DNA of 64,000 bases from Dehalococcoidia bacterium (GTDB taxonomy: Bacteria > Chloroflexota > Dehalococcoidia > Plut-88900), in assembly GCA_965249275.1 (NCBI GenBank), contig CBDFLQ010000005.1:128001-192000 (forward strand). The letters run 5' to 3'. Both the position numbers and the translations under genes were made by a program. Of this stretch, positions 53,173-63,886 are shown one piece after another (position 1 is the stretch's first letter; every line of letters begins with the position of its first letter). The notes beneath the pieces were generated by a model, which was not told where the DNA came from, ran no database searches, and was given only the letters and a program-made list of their open reading frames with translations.

Positions 53173-54141
53173 ATGAAGCACTCGATCGTTGAGACAGGGG
53201 AGCCCACGATCCCTTCAAAGACAGAGACCCGGGCCCCTATGCGGGTCAAAGATAAGCGGCGCCGGTGGCGGGACCTGGAAGGCAACGCCGTCCGGTATAT
53301 TTTCTTCCTCTGCGCTCTGGTATCGATTGTCACCACGGCCGGCATAGTCGTCAGTCTGCTTAGTCAGGCCGTGGGATTCTTCCAGGAAGTCCCATTCTGG
53401 GAGTTCTTCTTCGGCACTCGCTGGACTCCGATCCTCAAACCCAACTCTTACGGTGTCCTACCATTGGTCGGGGGCACGTTGTTGGTTGCAGGGTTGGCCC
53501 TTGCGGTGGCCATCCCAGTCGGCCTCGCCATCGCAATCTTCCTGGCCGAATACGCCCCCGACAAATTGAGAAGGACCATCAAGCCCGCCCTCGAGGTCCT
53601 CGCCGGGATTCCCACTGTGGTCTACGGCTATTTTGCCCTCACCTGGGTCTCTCCCCAGCTGCAGAACATATTCCCCGACATGCTCATCTTCAACGCCCTA
53701 AGCGCGGGCGTAGTCATGGGCATCATGGTAATCCCCATGGTCTCGTCCCTGAGCGAAGACGCCATGCTCGCCGTGCCCCGTTCTCTTAGGGAGGGGGCCT
53801 ATGCCCTGGGCGCGACGAAACTGGAAGTCTCTCTCAAGGTCGTGGTTCCGGCGGCGCTGTCGGGAATCGTGGCGGCCTTCATACTCGGGCTCTCCCGGGC
53901 CATTGGTGAGACGATGCTGGTGACTATCGCCGCAGGAGCGACTCCCAACCTCACGTGGAACCCTACTGAGAGCATCCAGGCCATGACCGCCTACATCGTG
54001 CAGCTGGCCCTCGGTGAAGCCCCCCACGGCTCAATCGAATACCAGACCATCTTCGCTGTGGCGATACTACTCTTCGTGCTCACGCTGTCGGCCAATATGC
54101 TGGGCCACTGGTTTGTCCGCAGGTGGCAGGAGAAGTATTGA
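53173..54141 (+). CDS. pstC: Phosphate ABC permease
   Basis: [35 protein letters not shown]. Confidence 0.96.
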   Translation: MKHSIVETGEPTIPSKTETRAPMRVKDKRRRWRDLEGNAVRYIFFLCALVSIVTTAGIVVSLLSQAVGFFQEVPFWEFFFGTRWTPILKPNSYGVLPLVGGTLLVAGLALAVAIPVGLAIAIFLAEYAPDKLRRTIKPALEVLAGIPTVVYGYFALTWVSPQLQNIFPDMLIFNALSAGVVMGIMVIPMVSSLSEDAMLAVPRSLREGAYALGATKLEVSLKVVVPAALSGIVAAFILGLSRAIGETMLVTIAAGATPNLTWNPTESIQAMTAYIVQLALGEAPHGSIEYQTIFAVAILLFVLTLSANMLGHWFVRRWQEKY

Positions 54142-55025
54142 TGCAGCGGACAACCGGCGGCTCCTTTGATCCACGCCTGGCCTTCCGCAAGGCCGTAGGG
54201 ACCGGATTCCTTGGCCTCTTCATCCTGGCCCTGCTTGTCGGCCTGTCCGGCCTTGCTATCTTAATTATCCAGGTGCTCATCGAAGGCGTCCCCTGGCTCA
54301 GTTGGACTCTCGTGTCCAGCTACCAGTCCCGCTTCCCCGAACAAGCGGGTGTCCTGGCTCCCCTTATCGGCAGCCTATGGCTCATGGCGCTCACGGCGGC
54401 TTTCACCGTTCCCGTGGGTGTCGGGGCAGCGGTCTACCTGGAGGAATACGCCCCCAAGAACCGTTTGACCCAGCTAATAGAGATCAACATCTCCAACCTC
54501 GCCGGGGTCCCGTCTATCGTGTACGGACTTCTGGGCCTGGCCGTCTTCGTACAGTGGATGGCCATGGGCCGCTCTCTTCTGGCCGGGGGGCTCACCCTCT
54601 CGCTTCTAGTGCTGCCCATCGTGATTCTCACGTCCAGGGAGGCCATAAGGTCCGTGCCCCAGAGCTACCGGCAGGGGGCCTACGCCCTGGGCTCGACCCA
54701 GTGGGAAGTCACCAAGAAGATCGTGCTGCCTTCCGCCTTCCCTGGAATACTCACCGGTGTCATACTGGCAATGTCACGGGCCATTGGGGAGGCTGCGCCG
54801 ATACTGGCGATAACCGCCCTGGTCTACGTGACCTTCGTACCGACAAATCCCCTGGACAGGTTCACCATCCTGCCCCTCCAGATCTTCGACTGGGTGGGCA
54901 GACCCCAGGAAGACTTCCAGTCCCTGGCCGCCGCAGGCATCATCATCCTGCTGGCCATGCTCCTGTCCATGAATGCATTGGCTATCTTTCTTCGCAACAA
55001 GTATCAAAAGAGGTCGGAGGAATAG
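54141..55025 (+). CDS. pstA: Phosphate ABC permease
   Basis: [33 protein letters not shown]. Confidence 0.96.
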   Translation: MQRTTGGSFDPRLAFRKAVGTGFLGLFILALLVGLSGLAILIIQVLIEGVPWLSWTLVSSYQSRFPEQAGVLAPLIGSLWLMALTAAFTVPVGVGAAVYLEEYAPKNRLTQLIEINISNLAGVPSIVYGLLGLAVFVQWMAMGRSLLAGGLTLSLLVLPIVILTSREAIRSVPQSYRQGAYALGSTQWEVTKKIVLPSAFPGILTGVILAMSRAIGEAAPILAITALVYVTFVPTNPLDRFTILPLQIFDWVGRPQEDFQSLAAAGIIILLAMLLSMNALAIFLRNKYQKRSEE

Positions 55026-55026
55026 A

Positions 55027-55800
55027 ATGGCGGAGTCGGATGTCATCCTCGAAGCCCGGGACCTGCATATTTGGTACGGGTCATTTCGGGCGGTCAAGGA
55101 CGTGACTATGGGCATCGAACAGAACAAGGTCACCGCGCTCATCGGTCCCTCCGGTTGTGGTAAGAGCACCCTGCTCCGGTGCTTCAACCGGATGAACGAG
55201 CTGGTCCCCGGCGCCCATATCGACGGCGAGGTCCTCTATCACGATGAGGACATCTACGCCGACTACATGGACGCCACCGAGATCCGGTCCAAGATCGGCA
55301 TGGTTTTCCAGAAGCCCAACCCCTTCCCCAAGTCCATCTACCAGAACGTCTCCTTCGGCCTGCAGATCAATGGGTACAAGGGAGACGAGTACGCCGCCGT
55401 CGAGCAGGCCCTTCGCAGAGCGGCCCTCTGGAACGAGGTGAAGGAGCGGCTCAATGAGGGCGCCCTAACCCTTTCCGGGGGCCAGCAGCAGCGCCTCTGC
55501 ATAGCCAGGGCCCTTGCCGTGGAGCCCGAGGTCCTGCTCATGGACGAGCCATGCTCGGCCCTCGATCCCATAGCCACCCTCGCCATCGAAGACCTTATCC
55601 GGGAACTCTCCACCGAGATCACCATTGTCATAGTCACCCACAACATGCAGCAGGCGGCCCGGGTTTCCGACCAGACCGCCTTCCTGATGATGGGCGAAGA
55701 CCGCGCCGGCTACCTTGTCGAGCGCGGGGCCACCAACGATATCTTCACCAACCCCAAAGAAGAGAGAACCGAGGCCTACATAACCGGCAGATTCAGCTAG
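55027..55800 (+). CDS. pstB: Phosphate ABC ATPase
   Basis: [54 protein letters not shown]. Confidence 0.97.
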   Translation: MAESDVILEARDLHIWYGSFRAVKDVTMGIEQNKVTALIGPSGCGKSTLLRCFNRMNELVPGAHIDGEVLYHDEDIYADYMDATEIRSKIGMVFQKPNPFPKSIYQNVSFGLQINGYKGDEYAAVEQALRRAALWNEVKERLNEGALTLSGGQQQRLCIARALAVEPEVLLMDEPCSALDPIATLAIEDLIRELSTEITIVIVTHNMQQAARVSDQTAFLMMGEDRAGYLVERGATNDIFTNPKEERTEAYITGRFS

Positions 55801-55818
55801 AGTTACAGGCGGTACCCC

Positions 55819-57162
55819 ATGCCTAGAGTCGATTTCAGAAACGACCTTAAGCTCCTGGAGGAGGGCCTCCTTGATATGGGCAATATGGTCGAGGAGGCCG
55901 TAGATCGGGCCCTGGAGGCTCTCGCCAAGCGCGATCTCGAGGCTTCGGCCCAGGTGATTCGGGACGACGACCAGCTCGACCAGATGCAAATGGACATCGA
56001 GGAGAAGTGCATCGAGCTCATTGCCACCCAGCAGCCAATGGCAGGCGACCTCAGGGCCCTGGTAACGGTTTTAAGCGTCGTCAGCGACCTCGAACGGATG
56101 GGGGACTACGCCGAGGGCATCGGCAAGATCAGCCTCCTCATGGGCGACGAGCCGCCCATCAAACCCCTTATTGATATCCCCCTGATGGCCGAGAAGGCGA
56201 AGAAGATGCTCGAGGGCAGCCTCGAGGCCCTGGTGAACCGGGACGTGGAGCTCGCGGCTCAGGTCAGCGTTGATGATGATGAGGTCGACTCCCTCTACGA
56301 CCAAGTGTACCGCGAGCTTCTCACCTACATGATCCAGGACCCCAAGAACGTACAGCGGGCCACCTACCTCCTGTGGGTCGCCCACGATCTGGAAAGACTC
56401 GCCGACCGTGCAACCAACATCGCCGAGCGGGTCATCTACCTGGTAACCGGCAAGCAGGTTACCGTAGAAGTCTCGCCTTCGACGGTCAGGGTCAGGGAGC
56501 AGCAAGGAAAAATCAGGAGGCAGACAATGGCCAGATCGCCGTCCGTCCCCGGCGCCTACGAAAAGTTCTACGAGCTGCTCCAGAGCGAGGCAGCCAACCT
56601 CAATACCACGGCCCACGCCCTCGCCGAGATGATGGACGACTTTACATCGGTTGAAGAGAAGGCTCTGAAGATCCGTGACCTGGAGCACACCGGGGACGAA
56701 ATCATCCACAGCATCATGCGCCTTCTGCACGGCACCTTCGTTACGCCCCTCGACAGGCAGGACATCCAGAACCTGGCCGAGCGGCTGGACGACGTGGTCG
56801 ACCACATAGAAGAAGCCGCTCGGGACATCCAGGAGTTCAAGATCGACGCCCCCACCCCCCAGGCCGCCGAAGTCGCCCACGTGCTTCAGCAGGCAGGGGT
56901 CGAGTTGGAGAAAGCAATAGGCTGGTTGCCTTCCATGAGAAGCCGTAAGGATGACATCCTGGAGTTGTGCCGCAGCATCAGCACCCTGGAGGAGGAGGCC
57001 GACCGGGTTGGTCGGGAGGCCCTCATAGAGCTGTTCAACGATGGCCGCTCCTTTAACGACGTGATGAAGTGGCGGGAGGTCTATCAACACCTTGAAGATG
57101 CGGCCGACAGCTGCCAAGGCGCGGCAATCGTCCTCGAAGGCATCGTCCTGGAGTACGCCTAG
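55819..57162 (+). CDS. phoU: PhoU fused in frame to a DUF47 (PhoU-like/Pit accessory) domain
   Basis: PhoU: QQPMAGDLR, DLERMGDYA, LERLADRATNIAE; DUF47 from ATG 56527: LEH.GD, TFVTPLDRQDI, LEEEAD, LEDAADSC. Confidence 0.9.
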   Translation: MPRVDFRNDLKLLEEGLLDMGNMVEEAVDRALEALAKRDLEASAQVIRDDDQLDQMQMDIEEKCIELIATQQPMAGDLRALVTVLSVVSDLERMGDYAEGIGKISLLMGDEPPIKPLIDIPLMAEKAKKMLEGSLEALVNRDVELAAQVSVDDDEVDSLYDQVYRELLTYMIQDPKNVQRATYLLWVAHDLERLADRATNIAERVIYLVTGKQVTVEVSPSTVRVREQQGKIRRQTMARSPSVPGAYEKFYELLQSEAANLNTTAHALAEMMDDFTSVEEKALKIRDLEHTGDEIIHSIMRLLHGTFVTPLDRQDIQNLAERLDDVVDHIEEAARDIQEFKIDAPTPQAAEVAHVLQQAGVELEKAIGWLPSMRSRKDDILELCRSISTLEEEADRVGREALIELFNDGRSFNDVMKWREVYQHLEDAADSCQGAAIVLEGIVLEYA

Positions 57163-57189
57163 CTGCCTCCGACTCCCCAGGTTGTCTCC

Positions 57190-57867
57190 TTGCAAAGCTC
57201 TCTGTCCAAGCGCTGTCTCGCCGAGATCATCGGCACGTTCGGCCTGGTGTTCGCCACGGCCGGTGCAAATGTAGTCGATGAGCTATCCGACGGTCGGATC
57301 ACCCACCTGGGAGTGGGCATTGTCTCGGGCTTGATCATCACCGTGATGATCTATGCCGTGGGGCATATTTCGGGAGCACATCTCAACCCCGCCGTGACCC
57401 TGGGCTTTGCCGTAGGCCGGCACTTCCCCCTGAAAGAAGTCCCCATCTACTGGGCCTCACAGCTGCTGGGGGCCGGCGGCGGCGCTTTCAGCCTCCGAGC
57501 CCTCTTCGGCGAAGTTGGGATCATGGGCGGCACCGTGCCCCGGGGTTCGACCCTTGAGTCCTTCGGCTTCGAGATTCCCCTGACCTTCATCCTGATGTTC
57601 GTCATCATAGCCGTCGCAACCGACTCTCGGGCCAAGGGGCCGCACGCTGCCCTCGCCATCGGCGCGACGGTGGCCCTCAACTCGATATTCGGAGGCCCGA
57701 TATCGGGCGGGTCTATGAACCCGGCCCGGTCCTTCGGGCCTGCTTTGGCGGCGTGGAACTGGGGAGACCACTGGATCTATTGGGTCGCGCCGCCCATCGG
57801 GGCTGCTATAGCGGCGTTGGCGTATAATCTCCTACACTCTACTAGGGAAGACACGCCCAACTCGTAG
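57190..57867 (+). CDS. MIP family channel (aquaporin/NIP-like)
   Basis: HISGAHLNPAVT and GGSMNPARSFGP. Confidence 0.95.
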   Translation: MQSSLSKRCLAEIIGTFGLVFATAGANVVDELSDGRITHLGVGIVSGLIITVMIYAVGHISGAHLNPAVTLGFAVGRHFPLKEVPIYWASQLLGAGGGAFSLRALFGEVGIMGGTVPRGSTLESFGFEIPLTFILMFVIIAVATDSRAKGPHAALAIGATVALNSIFGGPISGGSMNPARSFGPALAAWNWGDHWIYWVAPPIGAAIAALAYNLLHSTREDTPNS

Positions 57868-57898
57868 CTGCTCAGTCGGCTATAACAAGGAGACCGCC

Positions 57899-58342
57899 AT
57901 GCTCGACGTCAAGCCCATTCCCGACGGCTATTCAGTTATCACGCTGTATCTCATAGTAGATGACGCTGCTGGATTTATAGATTTTCTGTCCAAGGCCTTC
58001 GGCGCCGTGGAGAGGCTGCGGATCCCGATGCCCGGAGGCACCATCGGGCACGCGGAGGTGGAGATAAACGGGGCGGTGCTGATGGTGAGCGATGTAGCAG
58101 GCACTGACTTCCAGACTACCAGGTCCCTGATACACCACTTTGTCGAAGACGTTGACTCCGCCTACAAACGGGCCATAGACGCGGGAGCCACACTCATCGC
58201 CGAGCCGGAGACCCAGTTCTATGGAGACCGCATGGGCCACGTCCTCGATCCTTCCGGCAACCGGTGGGTGCTGTCCACGCATGTACAGGACGTGGACATG
58301 GACGAGGTTATGAAGGCTATTGAGGGGATGGGGGAGGGGTAG
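57899..58342 (+). CDS. VOC/glyoxalase family protein (PhnB-like)
   Basis: PIPDGY, AFGAVE, HAEVEI, QFYGDR...DPSGNRW. Confidence 0.9.
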   Translation: MLDVKPIPDGYSVITLYLIVDDAAGFIDFLSKAFGAVERLRIPMPGGTIGHAEVEINGAVLMVSDVAGTDFQTTRSLIHHFVEDVDSAYKRAIDAGATLIAEPETQFYGDRMGHVLDPSGNRWVLSTHVQDVDMDEVMKAIEGMGEG

Positions 58343-58447
58343 GGGTGTACGTTTCCTTTGCGTTGCACATGAGCCCGCATGCAACCTACAATGAGGACAT
58401 ATTCAGCATAGCCGCTTGCGGCACAACCGGGCAGGGAGGGCGAAAAC

Positions 58448-58891
58448 ATGGCTAACGAACCTCAAGTCCACGCTATCAACATTTCTAAGAGCCACTTTGG
58501 GGACATGGAATCCCAGGCCAATGCCAAGGTCATCGAGGACCTGGGTATCGAGGGAGACCGCTACGCTATCAAGCGGGGCATGAACCGTGCCAAGCGCCAG
58601 GTCCTCCTGATGGACAAGGAGACCCTCGAGATCCTTGGCCTGACCCCCGGCACAGTACGGGAGAATATCACCACCCGGGACATGGACCTCTACTCGCTGA
58701 CTCCGGGGCAGAAGGTGCGCATCGGGGCCGAGGTGGAGCTTGAGATCACCGAGCTCTGCAACCCCTGCGAGCGTATGGACGAGATCCGGCAGGGTCTCAG
58801 GGAAGAGCTGGAAGGGCGTCGGGGAATGCTAACGCGCGTTGCCAAAGGTGGGGATATCGCTGTCGGGGATACGATTTCCGTCGTTAGCTAG
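58448..58891 (+). CDS. MOSC domain protein
   Basis: GIEGD, RQVLL, RENITT, CNPC, G.I.VGD. Confidence 0.9.
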   Translation: MANEPQVHAINISKSHFGDMESQANAKVIEDLGIEGDRYAIKRGMNRAKRQVLLMDKETLEILGLTPGTVRENITTRDMDLYSLTPGQKVRIGAEVELEITELCNPCERMDEIRQGLREELEGRRGMLTRVAKGGDIAVGDTISVVS

Positions 58892-58980
58892 CGGCTGTCC
58901 GGAAGCTGGGATTCTGGGATCACCCTCACTCTCCACAGCGAGCCTACGGCTGTACGACCGAGGACATGGGTGACAGTTAG

Positions 58981-59120
58981 ACCGAGGCTCCGCGAGGGAT
59001 CTAAAGCGTCGGCCCACCACCCACCTACCTCACCCCCATTCGACCTTCCCCGTCATTCGGCCCCCAAGCCGGCCGCAGATGCTGCAAGTGTGCCTTTGGC
59101 GTGCGCCGAGCCGGAATCCA
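58981..59120. repeat. REP-like cluster between convergent genes
   Basis: CCGAGGCTCCGCGAGGGATCT and GTCATTCGGC...GCCGGAATCCA carrying the shared insert. Confidence 0.75.
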
Positions 59121-59154
59121 TCCCCCTTCATACCATCTCAGTTCGTAACAGCCC

Positions 59155-60396
59155 CTAACCCACCACCCCCCGCCCCACCAGCCCCTCTACCTCCTCCCGC
59201 GAAAGCCCCATCAACTCCTCCAGCACATAGCCGTTGTGCTCCCCCATCTTCGGTCCCGGCCGAGTCATCGCCAACGGCGTCCCCGACATCTTCCAAGGCT
59301 GCGCCGGCATCTTCGCCTGACCCTGCACCGGGTGCTCGTCCCACGTGAAGAACCCCCGAGCCGCCAGATGTTTGTCGTGATATAGGTCCGCGTTCGTAAA
59401 TGTCGCCACAGCCCCTAACCCTACCCCCTGTAGAGCATTCATTGCCTCTAACTTGGAACGCTGTCCCGTCCACCCTTCGACTATCTCGTCCAGAGCGTCT
59501 TCATGCCCCTTGCGGGCCGACGCCGTGGCGAACCTCTCGTCCCGTGCCAGGTCATCCCTCCCGATTGCCGAGCATAGCCTCACCCATTCTTCGTCGCTCG
59601 TTATGACAATACTGATCCACGAGTCTTCCCTGGCGCAGCGATATATCCCGTGGGGCGCCATGCCGGGGGCCCGATTGCCCATCCGCTCCGCCTCTGCCCC
59701 ATTCATCTCGTAGTCCATCAGCTTCTCAGGCTGGAACCCGATAACCGTCTCTTCCTCCGAAAGGTCGATGTACTGGCCCCTGCCTGTCCTCGACTGGTAA
59801 TGCAAAGCAGCCAGTATCGCCGAGGCCCCCGCCACTCCCCCCGACGGATCGGGCATCTCGACCCAGTCGGACACGGCTTCCGCACCCGGATATCCCACTG
59901 AGGTCATAAGCCCCGAGATGTTGGACACGTGCATCCCGTAAGTCACCCATCGGGACCTAGCCCCATATGCCCCAAACCCCGAGAGCGCCGCCATGATCAC
60001 TTGCGGATTTACTTTGATCAGATCCTTGTATCCCAACCCCAGCCTGTCCGCCACTCCGGCCCGGAAGTTCTCCGCCATTACGTCGCTGATGGCGACCAGC
60101 CTCTTGGCCAATTCCACGCCCTCGGGCTCGCGCAGGTTCAGGGTCACACTCAGGCTGTTCCGGTGCATCTGTGCGAACCACATCGCCGTGTCCGGGCCGG
60201 GGATGTTGTCCTTGAAGGGAGGGTAGTACCGCGCCAGATCCAGCTTGGCGCTGCTCTCTATTTTGATGACCTCTGCCCCCATGAACGCCAGCAGCGACAC
60301 ACAATGAGGCCCGGCCCACGACGCAGTAAAGTCAGCTACCCGAATTCCGTCCAGCACCCCCTTGAGCCCCACAGGCCCTCTGCCTGTCGACGCCAA
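59155..60396 (-). CDS. Class III CoA-transferase (CaiB/BaiF)
   Basis: LDGIRVADF..WAGP, GAEVIKIES, ENFRAG, D..GG catalytic region, GRGQYIDLS. Confidence 0.93.
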   Translation of the reverse strand: MASTGRGPVGLKGVLDGIRVADFTASWAGPHCVSLLAFMGAEVIKIESSAKLDLARYYPPFKDNIPGPDTAMWFAQMHRNSLSVTLNLREPEGVELAKRLVAISDVMAENFRAGVADRLGLGYKDLIKVNPQVIMAALSGFGAYGARSRWVTYGMHVSNISGLMTSVGYPGAEAVSDWVEMPDPSGGVAGASAILAALHYQSRTGRGQYIDLSEEETVIGFQPEKLMDYEMNGAEAERMGNRAPGMAPHGIYRCAREDSWISIVITSDEEWVRLCSAIGRDDLARDERFATASARKGHEDALDEIVEGWTGQRSKLEAMNALQGVGLGAVATFTNADLYHDKHLAARGFFTWDEHPVQGQAKMPAQPWKMSGTPLAMTRPGPKMGEHNGYVLEELMGLSREEVEGLVGRGVVG

Positions 60397-60399
60397 ACC

Positions 60400-61617
60400 T
60401 TAGATAGTCCCTTCCCGCCTGAGCCGCGCCAACTCCTCCCCCGAGCACCCAAGCCTCTCACCATAAACCTCATCATTGTGCTGCCCGAGCAGAGGCGCTG
60501 ACACCCGTGTCGAGCTATCCGTCTCCGAAAACCTGAACGGCACTGAAGGATATCGCAGCTTGCCCGCCTCCTGGTGGTCCATCTCGACGAAAAAACCGCG
60601 CTCCTTCAGGTGTTCATCCCGGGCCAGCCGTTCCGCGGTCACGCCCACGGGGCTCGCCGGGACCCGGTTCTCGATGGCGCGCTCCACCACCCAATCCTTA
60701 TTCTTGTCCTCCAGCCATTCCATGATGAAGGCATTTATGATGTCGTAGTTCAGCCGACGCCCCTCGGCGCTCTGCGTCCACTCCTCCCGGCTCCACTCCG
60801 GCTCTCCCAGCATTTTGACTAGCCCCACCCACTGGTGAGGCTCGATGGCGCTCAGGAGCACGTAGCCGTCCCGGCACGGAAGAATCCCAGAGGGAACCGA
60901 CGCGGGAATCGCAACTTCCTTGCCCTGTATCCGGTTCTCGCCGTTGTAGATGGGAAAGCCGGCAGCCAGTATGAAGGCCATCGCCTCCTGCTCCGACACG
61001 TCGATGTGCTGCCCCTCCCCACCCCGGTCTCTGAAATAAAGCGCCCCCAGCGCAGCCGTCAGCGCGCTATATGCAGCCTGGAACGCAGGAAGAAATCCCG
61101 GCGCACGCACCGGATGCCCCGGAATACCGTAGGCATCCCGCTCCCTCCAGAGATATCCCCAACCCCCCGCATGCCACCGGTTCAGGTCGTGTGCCACGTA
61201 GTCCTTGTATGGCCCCTCCTGCCCGAAAGGGGTTATCGACACCATAATCAGACCCGGGTTCTCTTTCCTCAGCGACTCGTACCCCAATCCCAGCTCCGAT
61301 AGCCTACCCGGAGGCCCATTTTCTACCAGTATGTCCGACCCCGACACCAACCGCCTGAACATCCGATCACCCTCCGCCGAGGTCACGTCCAGCATGATCC
61401 CCTTCTTGTCCAGGTTCATTGCGAGGAATAGGCCGCTCTTCTCCGGGTGAGCCTCACCGCCTGGAAAGGGCCCGTGGCCCCGCGCCCCGTCCCCCTCCGG
61501 TGGCTCCACCTTGATCACTTCCGCTCCGAGAGAGGCCATCAGCCGAGCACAATACGGCGCCGACACCATCTCCCCCAACTCAACCACCCGGATGCCATCA
61601 AGCGTTCTTTCTTCCAT
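60400..61617 (-). CDS. Class III CoA-transferase (CaiB/BaiF), probably non-catalytic subunit
   Basis: LDGIRVVEL, GAEVIKVEPP, SITPFGQEGPY, GQHIDVS, APLLGQHN. Confidence 0.93.
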   Translation of the reverse strand: MEERTLDGIRVVELGEMVSAPYCARLMASLGAEVIKVEPPEGDGARGHGPFPGGEAHPEKSGLFLAMNLDKKGIMLDVTSAEGDRMFRRLVSGSDILVENGPPGRLSELGLGYESLRKENPGLIMVSITPFGQEGPYKDYVAHDLNRWHAGGWGYLWRERDAYGIPGHPVRAPGFLPAFQAAYSALTAALGALYFRDRGGEGQHIDVSEQEAMAFILAAGFPIYNGENRIQGKEVAIPASVPSGILPCRDGYVLLSAIEPHQWVGLVKMLGEPEWSREEWTQSAEGRRLNYDIINAFIMEWLEDKNKDWVVERAIENRVPASPVGVTAERLARDEHLKERGFFVEMDHQEAGKLRYPSVPFRFSETDSSTRVSAPLLGQHNDEVYGERLGCSGEELARLRREGTI

Positions 61618-61683
61618 CAGCGCGTTAAGCCCCTAATCGCTGAAATAGGTGTCCTTCGCATAACAACAGCGGATCGGTGTCCA

Positions 61684-61910
61684 ATCCCCCCTCCCCTCGA
61701 CGAGTCGCAGATGCGCCTTTGGCGTGACCCTTGCATAACCTCTCTCGGTGGGGCCGGGGCCGCTCGTGCTGAGGCTCTCGAAGTATGAGCGGGGGGTGGA
61801 AGTCATGTGATCTGGACAGTACAGCGAAGGCAATTTGTAGTTACGCAAAGGTCTCTCGACGTGAGAGGGCTAGGGCCGTAGGCTCGCCTTGGAGAGTGCG
61901 GGTGATCCAA
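61684..61910. repeat. Degenerate REP-like cluster
   Basis: CCCCTCCCCTCGACGAGTCGCAGATGCGCCTTTGGCGT and GTGAGAGGGCTAGGGCCGTAGG match the 27.0-27.4 kb modules. Confidence 0.7.
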
Positions 61911-61972
61911 GGTCATCAAAGGCAGTTGCTCAAAGGTCTCTTGCCACAGCGAAGGAGCAAGGAATTATCCGG

Positions 61973-63256
61973 CTAAGGGTAGATGCCCCGCGTGTTGTGC
62001 GCCGCCACCACCCTGCTCACCCCCTGGATATACGCCCCCATCCTCATGCTAACCCCATTCTCCTTGGACGTAGCCAGCACCGACTCGAAGCTGTGCTTCA
62101 TTATCGAGTCCAGCCGCTTCTCCACTTCCTGCTCTTCCCAGAAGTAGAACTGCAAGTCCTGCACCCACTCGAAGTAGGAGACGATAACACCCCCCGCATT
62201 GGCGAGAATGTCCGGCACCACGAACACCCCCATGTCCTCCAATATCCTATCTGCCTCCGTAGACGTGGGGCCGTTCGCCCCTTCCACTATTATCTTTGCC
62301 TTCACTTTCGCTGCGTTGGCGCCGCTTATCTGCCCCTCCATCGCCGCCAGCATCAGGATATCGCAAGGCAGTTCCAGCAGCTCCGCATTGGTTATCCGGT
62401 CCCCGTGCTTTGAGTCCCGCAGATTAGGGATCTCCTCCTTTTGGGCGAGCATCTCCCGAACGTCCAATCCCGATCCGTTGTAGACCCCGCCCGAGGCGTC
62501 GCTTATCGCAATTACTTTGCATCCCTGGTCCTGCAGCATCTTCGCCGCCACCGACCCCACGTTCCCGAACCCCTGCACCGCCACCCTCGCCCCTTCCATC
62601 GGCATGGATAGATGAGCCGCCGTCTCCCGGGCCATGTTCATGCATCCCCGCCCCGTCGCATCCACCCTTCCCCGCGTCCCTCCTACGCTGAACGGCTTGC
62701 CTGTCACCACCCCCGGCACCGAATAGCCTTTGTGCATACTGTAGGTGTCCATGATCCAGGCCATGATCTGGGCGTTGGTGTTCATGTCGGGCGCCGGGAT
62801 GTCGCCTTCGGGACTTATGATTATCGATATCTCGGAGGCATACCGCCTGGTTAACGCCTCGAGCTCCCTCATCGAAAGCAGCTTGGGGTCGCAGGCCACG
62901 GCGCCCTTGGCTCCGCCGAAGGGGATGTCCACCACTGCGCACTTCCAGGTCATCCACATAGCGAGAGCACGCACTTCATCCAGGGTAACGTCCGGATGGT
63001 ACCGGATCCCGCCCTTGGCCGGACCCCGAGACATGCTGTGCTGGACTCGATACCCTGTGAATATTTGTACATGCCCATCGTCCATGCTGACGGGAAAGTG
63101 AACGATCAGCTCCCTTTTCGGGTGTCGAAGTATCTGTCGGGTGTTCTCGTCGAGACCCAGGTAGTCGGAAGCGGTCTCCAGCTGTTGTAGAGCCGTATCG
63201 AGGGCTCCGTCCCCATTCTGTTTTGCCGGCTGGTCTACCGTTACCTCACTAGTCAC
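61973..63256 (-). CDS. gdhA: Glutamate dehydrogenase (Glu/Leu/Phe/Val family)
   Basis: GPAKGGIRYHP, MTWKCA, PFGGAKG, DIPAPD, QGFGNVG, EGANGP, ANAGGV.VSYFEW.Q. Confidence 0.95.
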   Translation of the reverse strand: MTSEVTVDQPAKQNGDGALDTALQQLETASDYLGLDENTRQILRHPKRELIVHFPVSMDDGHVQIFTGYRVQHSMSRGPAKGGIRYHPDVTLDEVRALAMWMTWKCAVVDIPFGGAKGAVACDPKLLSMRELEALTRRYASEISIIISPEGDIPAPDMNTNAQIMAWIMDTYSMHKGYSVPGVVTGKPFSVGGTRGRVDATGRGCMNMARETAAHLSMPMEGARVAVQGFGNVGSVAAKMLQDQGCKVIAISDASGGVYNGSGLDVREMLAQKEEIPNLRDSKHGDRITNAELLELPCDILMLAAMEGQISGANAAKVKAKIIVEGANGPTSTEADRILEDMGVFVVPDILANAGGVIVSYFEWVQDLQFYFWEEQEVEKRLDSIMKHSFESVLATSKENGVSMRMGAYIQGVSRVVAAHNTRGIYP

Positions 63257-63337
63257 CCCGAGCTCCTTTCAGGTGGGCTTAATCCTGTGCCAAAACCGGC
63301 GCAAGTATACAGCAAAACCCTTTGCCCCCTGATAGAA

Positions 63338-63378
63338 GAAAGGCCGATACAAGCTCATCGAGCTTGTATCGGCCTTTC
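63338..63378. terminator. Terminator after hicBA
   Basis: Perfect 19-bp stem GAAAGGCCGATACAAGCTC-ATC-GAGCTTGTATCGGCCTTTC. Confidence 0.8.
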
Positions 63379-63395
63379 AATTGATTCTCGAAAGA

Positions 63396-63617
63396 TTACC
63401 GGAGAAGGGCTAGGAACTCATCCCGTGTGAGTCCAGCGTCTCGGATCAGGGCCCTTAACAGGCCTCGCCCTAGTGAGCTATGCCTGGGGACTGAGAGTCT
63501 GCGGCCACCTGGGCCTGTCAGTATCATGTGACTGCCCTATGTACGGCGCCAGACAAATCCTGCCTTGGCAACCGCACGCACGAACTCGTCGCCCGACATA
63601 ACGGGCAAGCGGGGCAC
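63396..63617 (-). pseudogene. hicA: HicA toxin with a premature TAG at codon 27
   Basis: MPRLPVMSGDEFVRAVAKAGFVWRRT*GSHMIL...LSVPRH..LGRGLLRALIRDAGLTRDEF; TAG at 63537-63539. Confidence 0.85.
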
Positions 63618-63886
63618 TACGCTGTAACTTCTACAACCTCATATTCAGAGGAGGAGGGCAGAGGCACACCATCTTCTCGCATAGTTGCAAGGTAACCTCT
63701 GATTGCTTCCCTCACGTTTTCCAGGGCCTCACGCCTGGTTCGGCCCTGACTGAGACATCCGGGAAGAGTGGGACAGCTGGCAACTTCCCAACCATCCTCA
63801 TCCTTCTCAAATACCACCAACAACTTGAGAGCTTGGCTATCTCCCTCCCGTTTTGCCGGATTGTCTACCGTCGCCTCACTAGTCAC
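63617..63886 (-). CDS. hicB: HicB-like antitoxin with a Gdh-like N-terminal extension
   Basis: VVFEKDEDG...ASCPTLPGCLSQGRTRREALENVREAI; GTG start with AAAGGAG RBS. Confidence 0.9.
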   Translation of the reverse strand: MTSEATVDNPAKREGDSQALKLLVVFEKDEDGWEVASCPTLPGCLSQGRTRREALENVREAIRGYLATMREDGVPLPSSSEYEVVEVTA

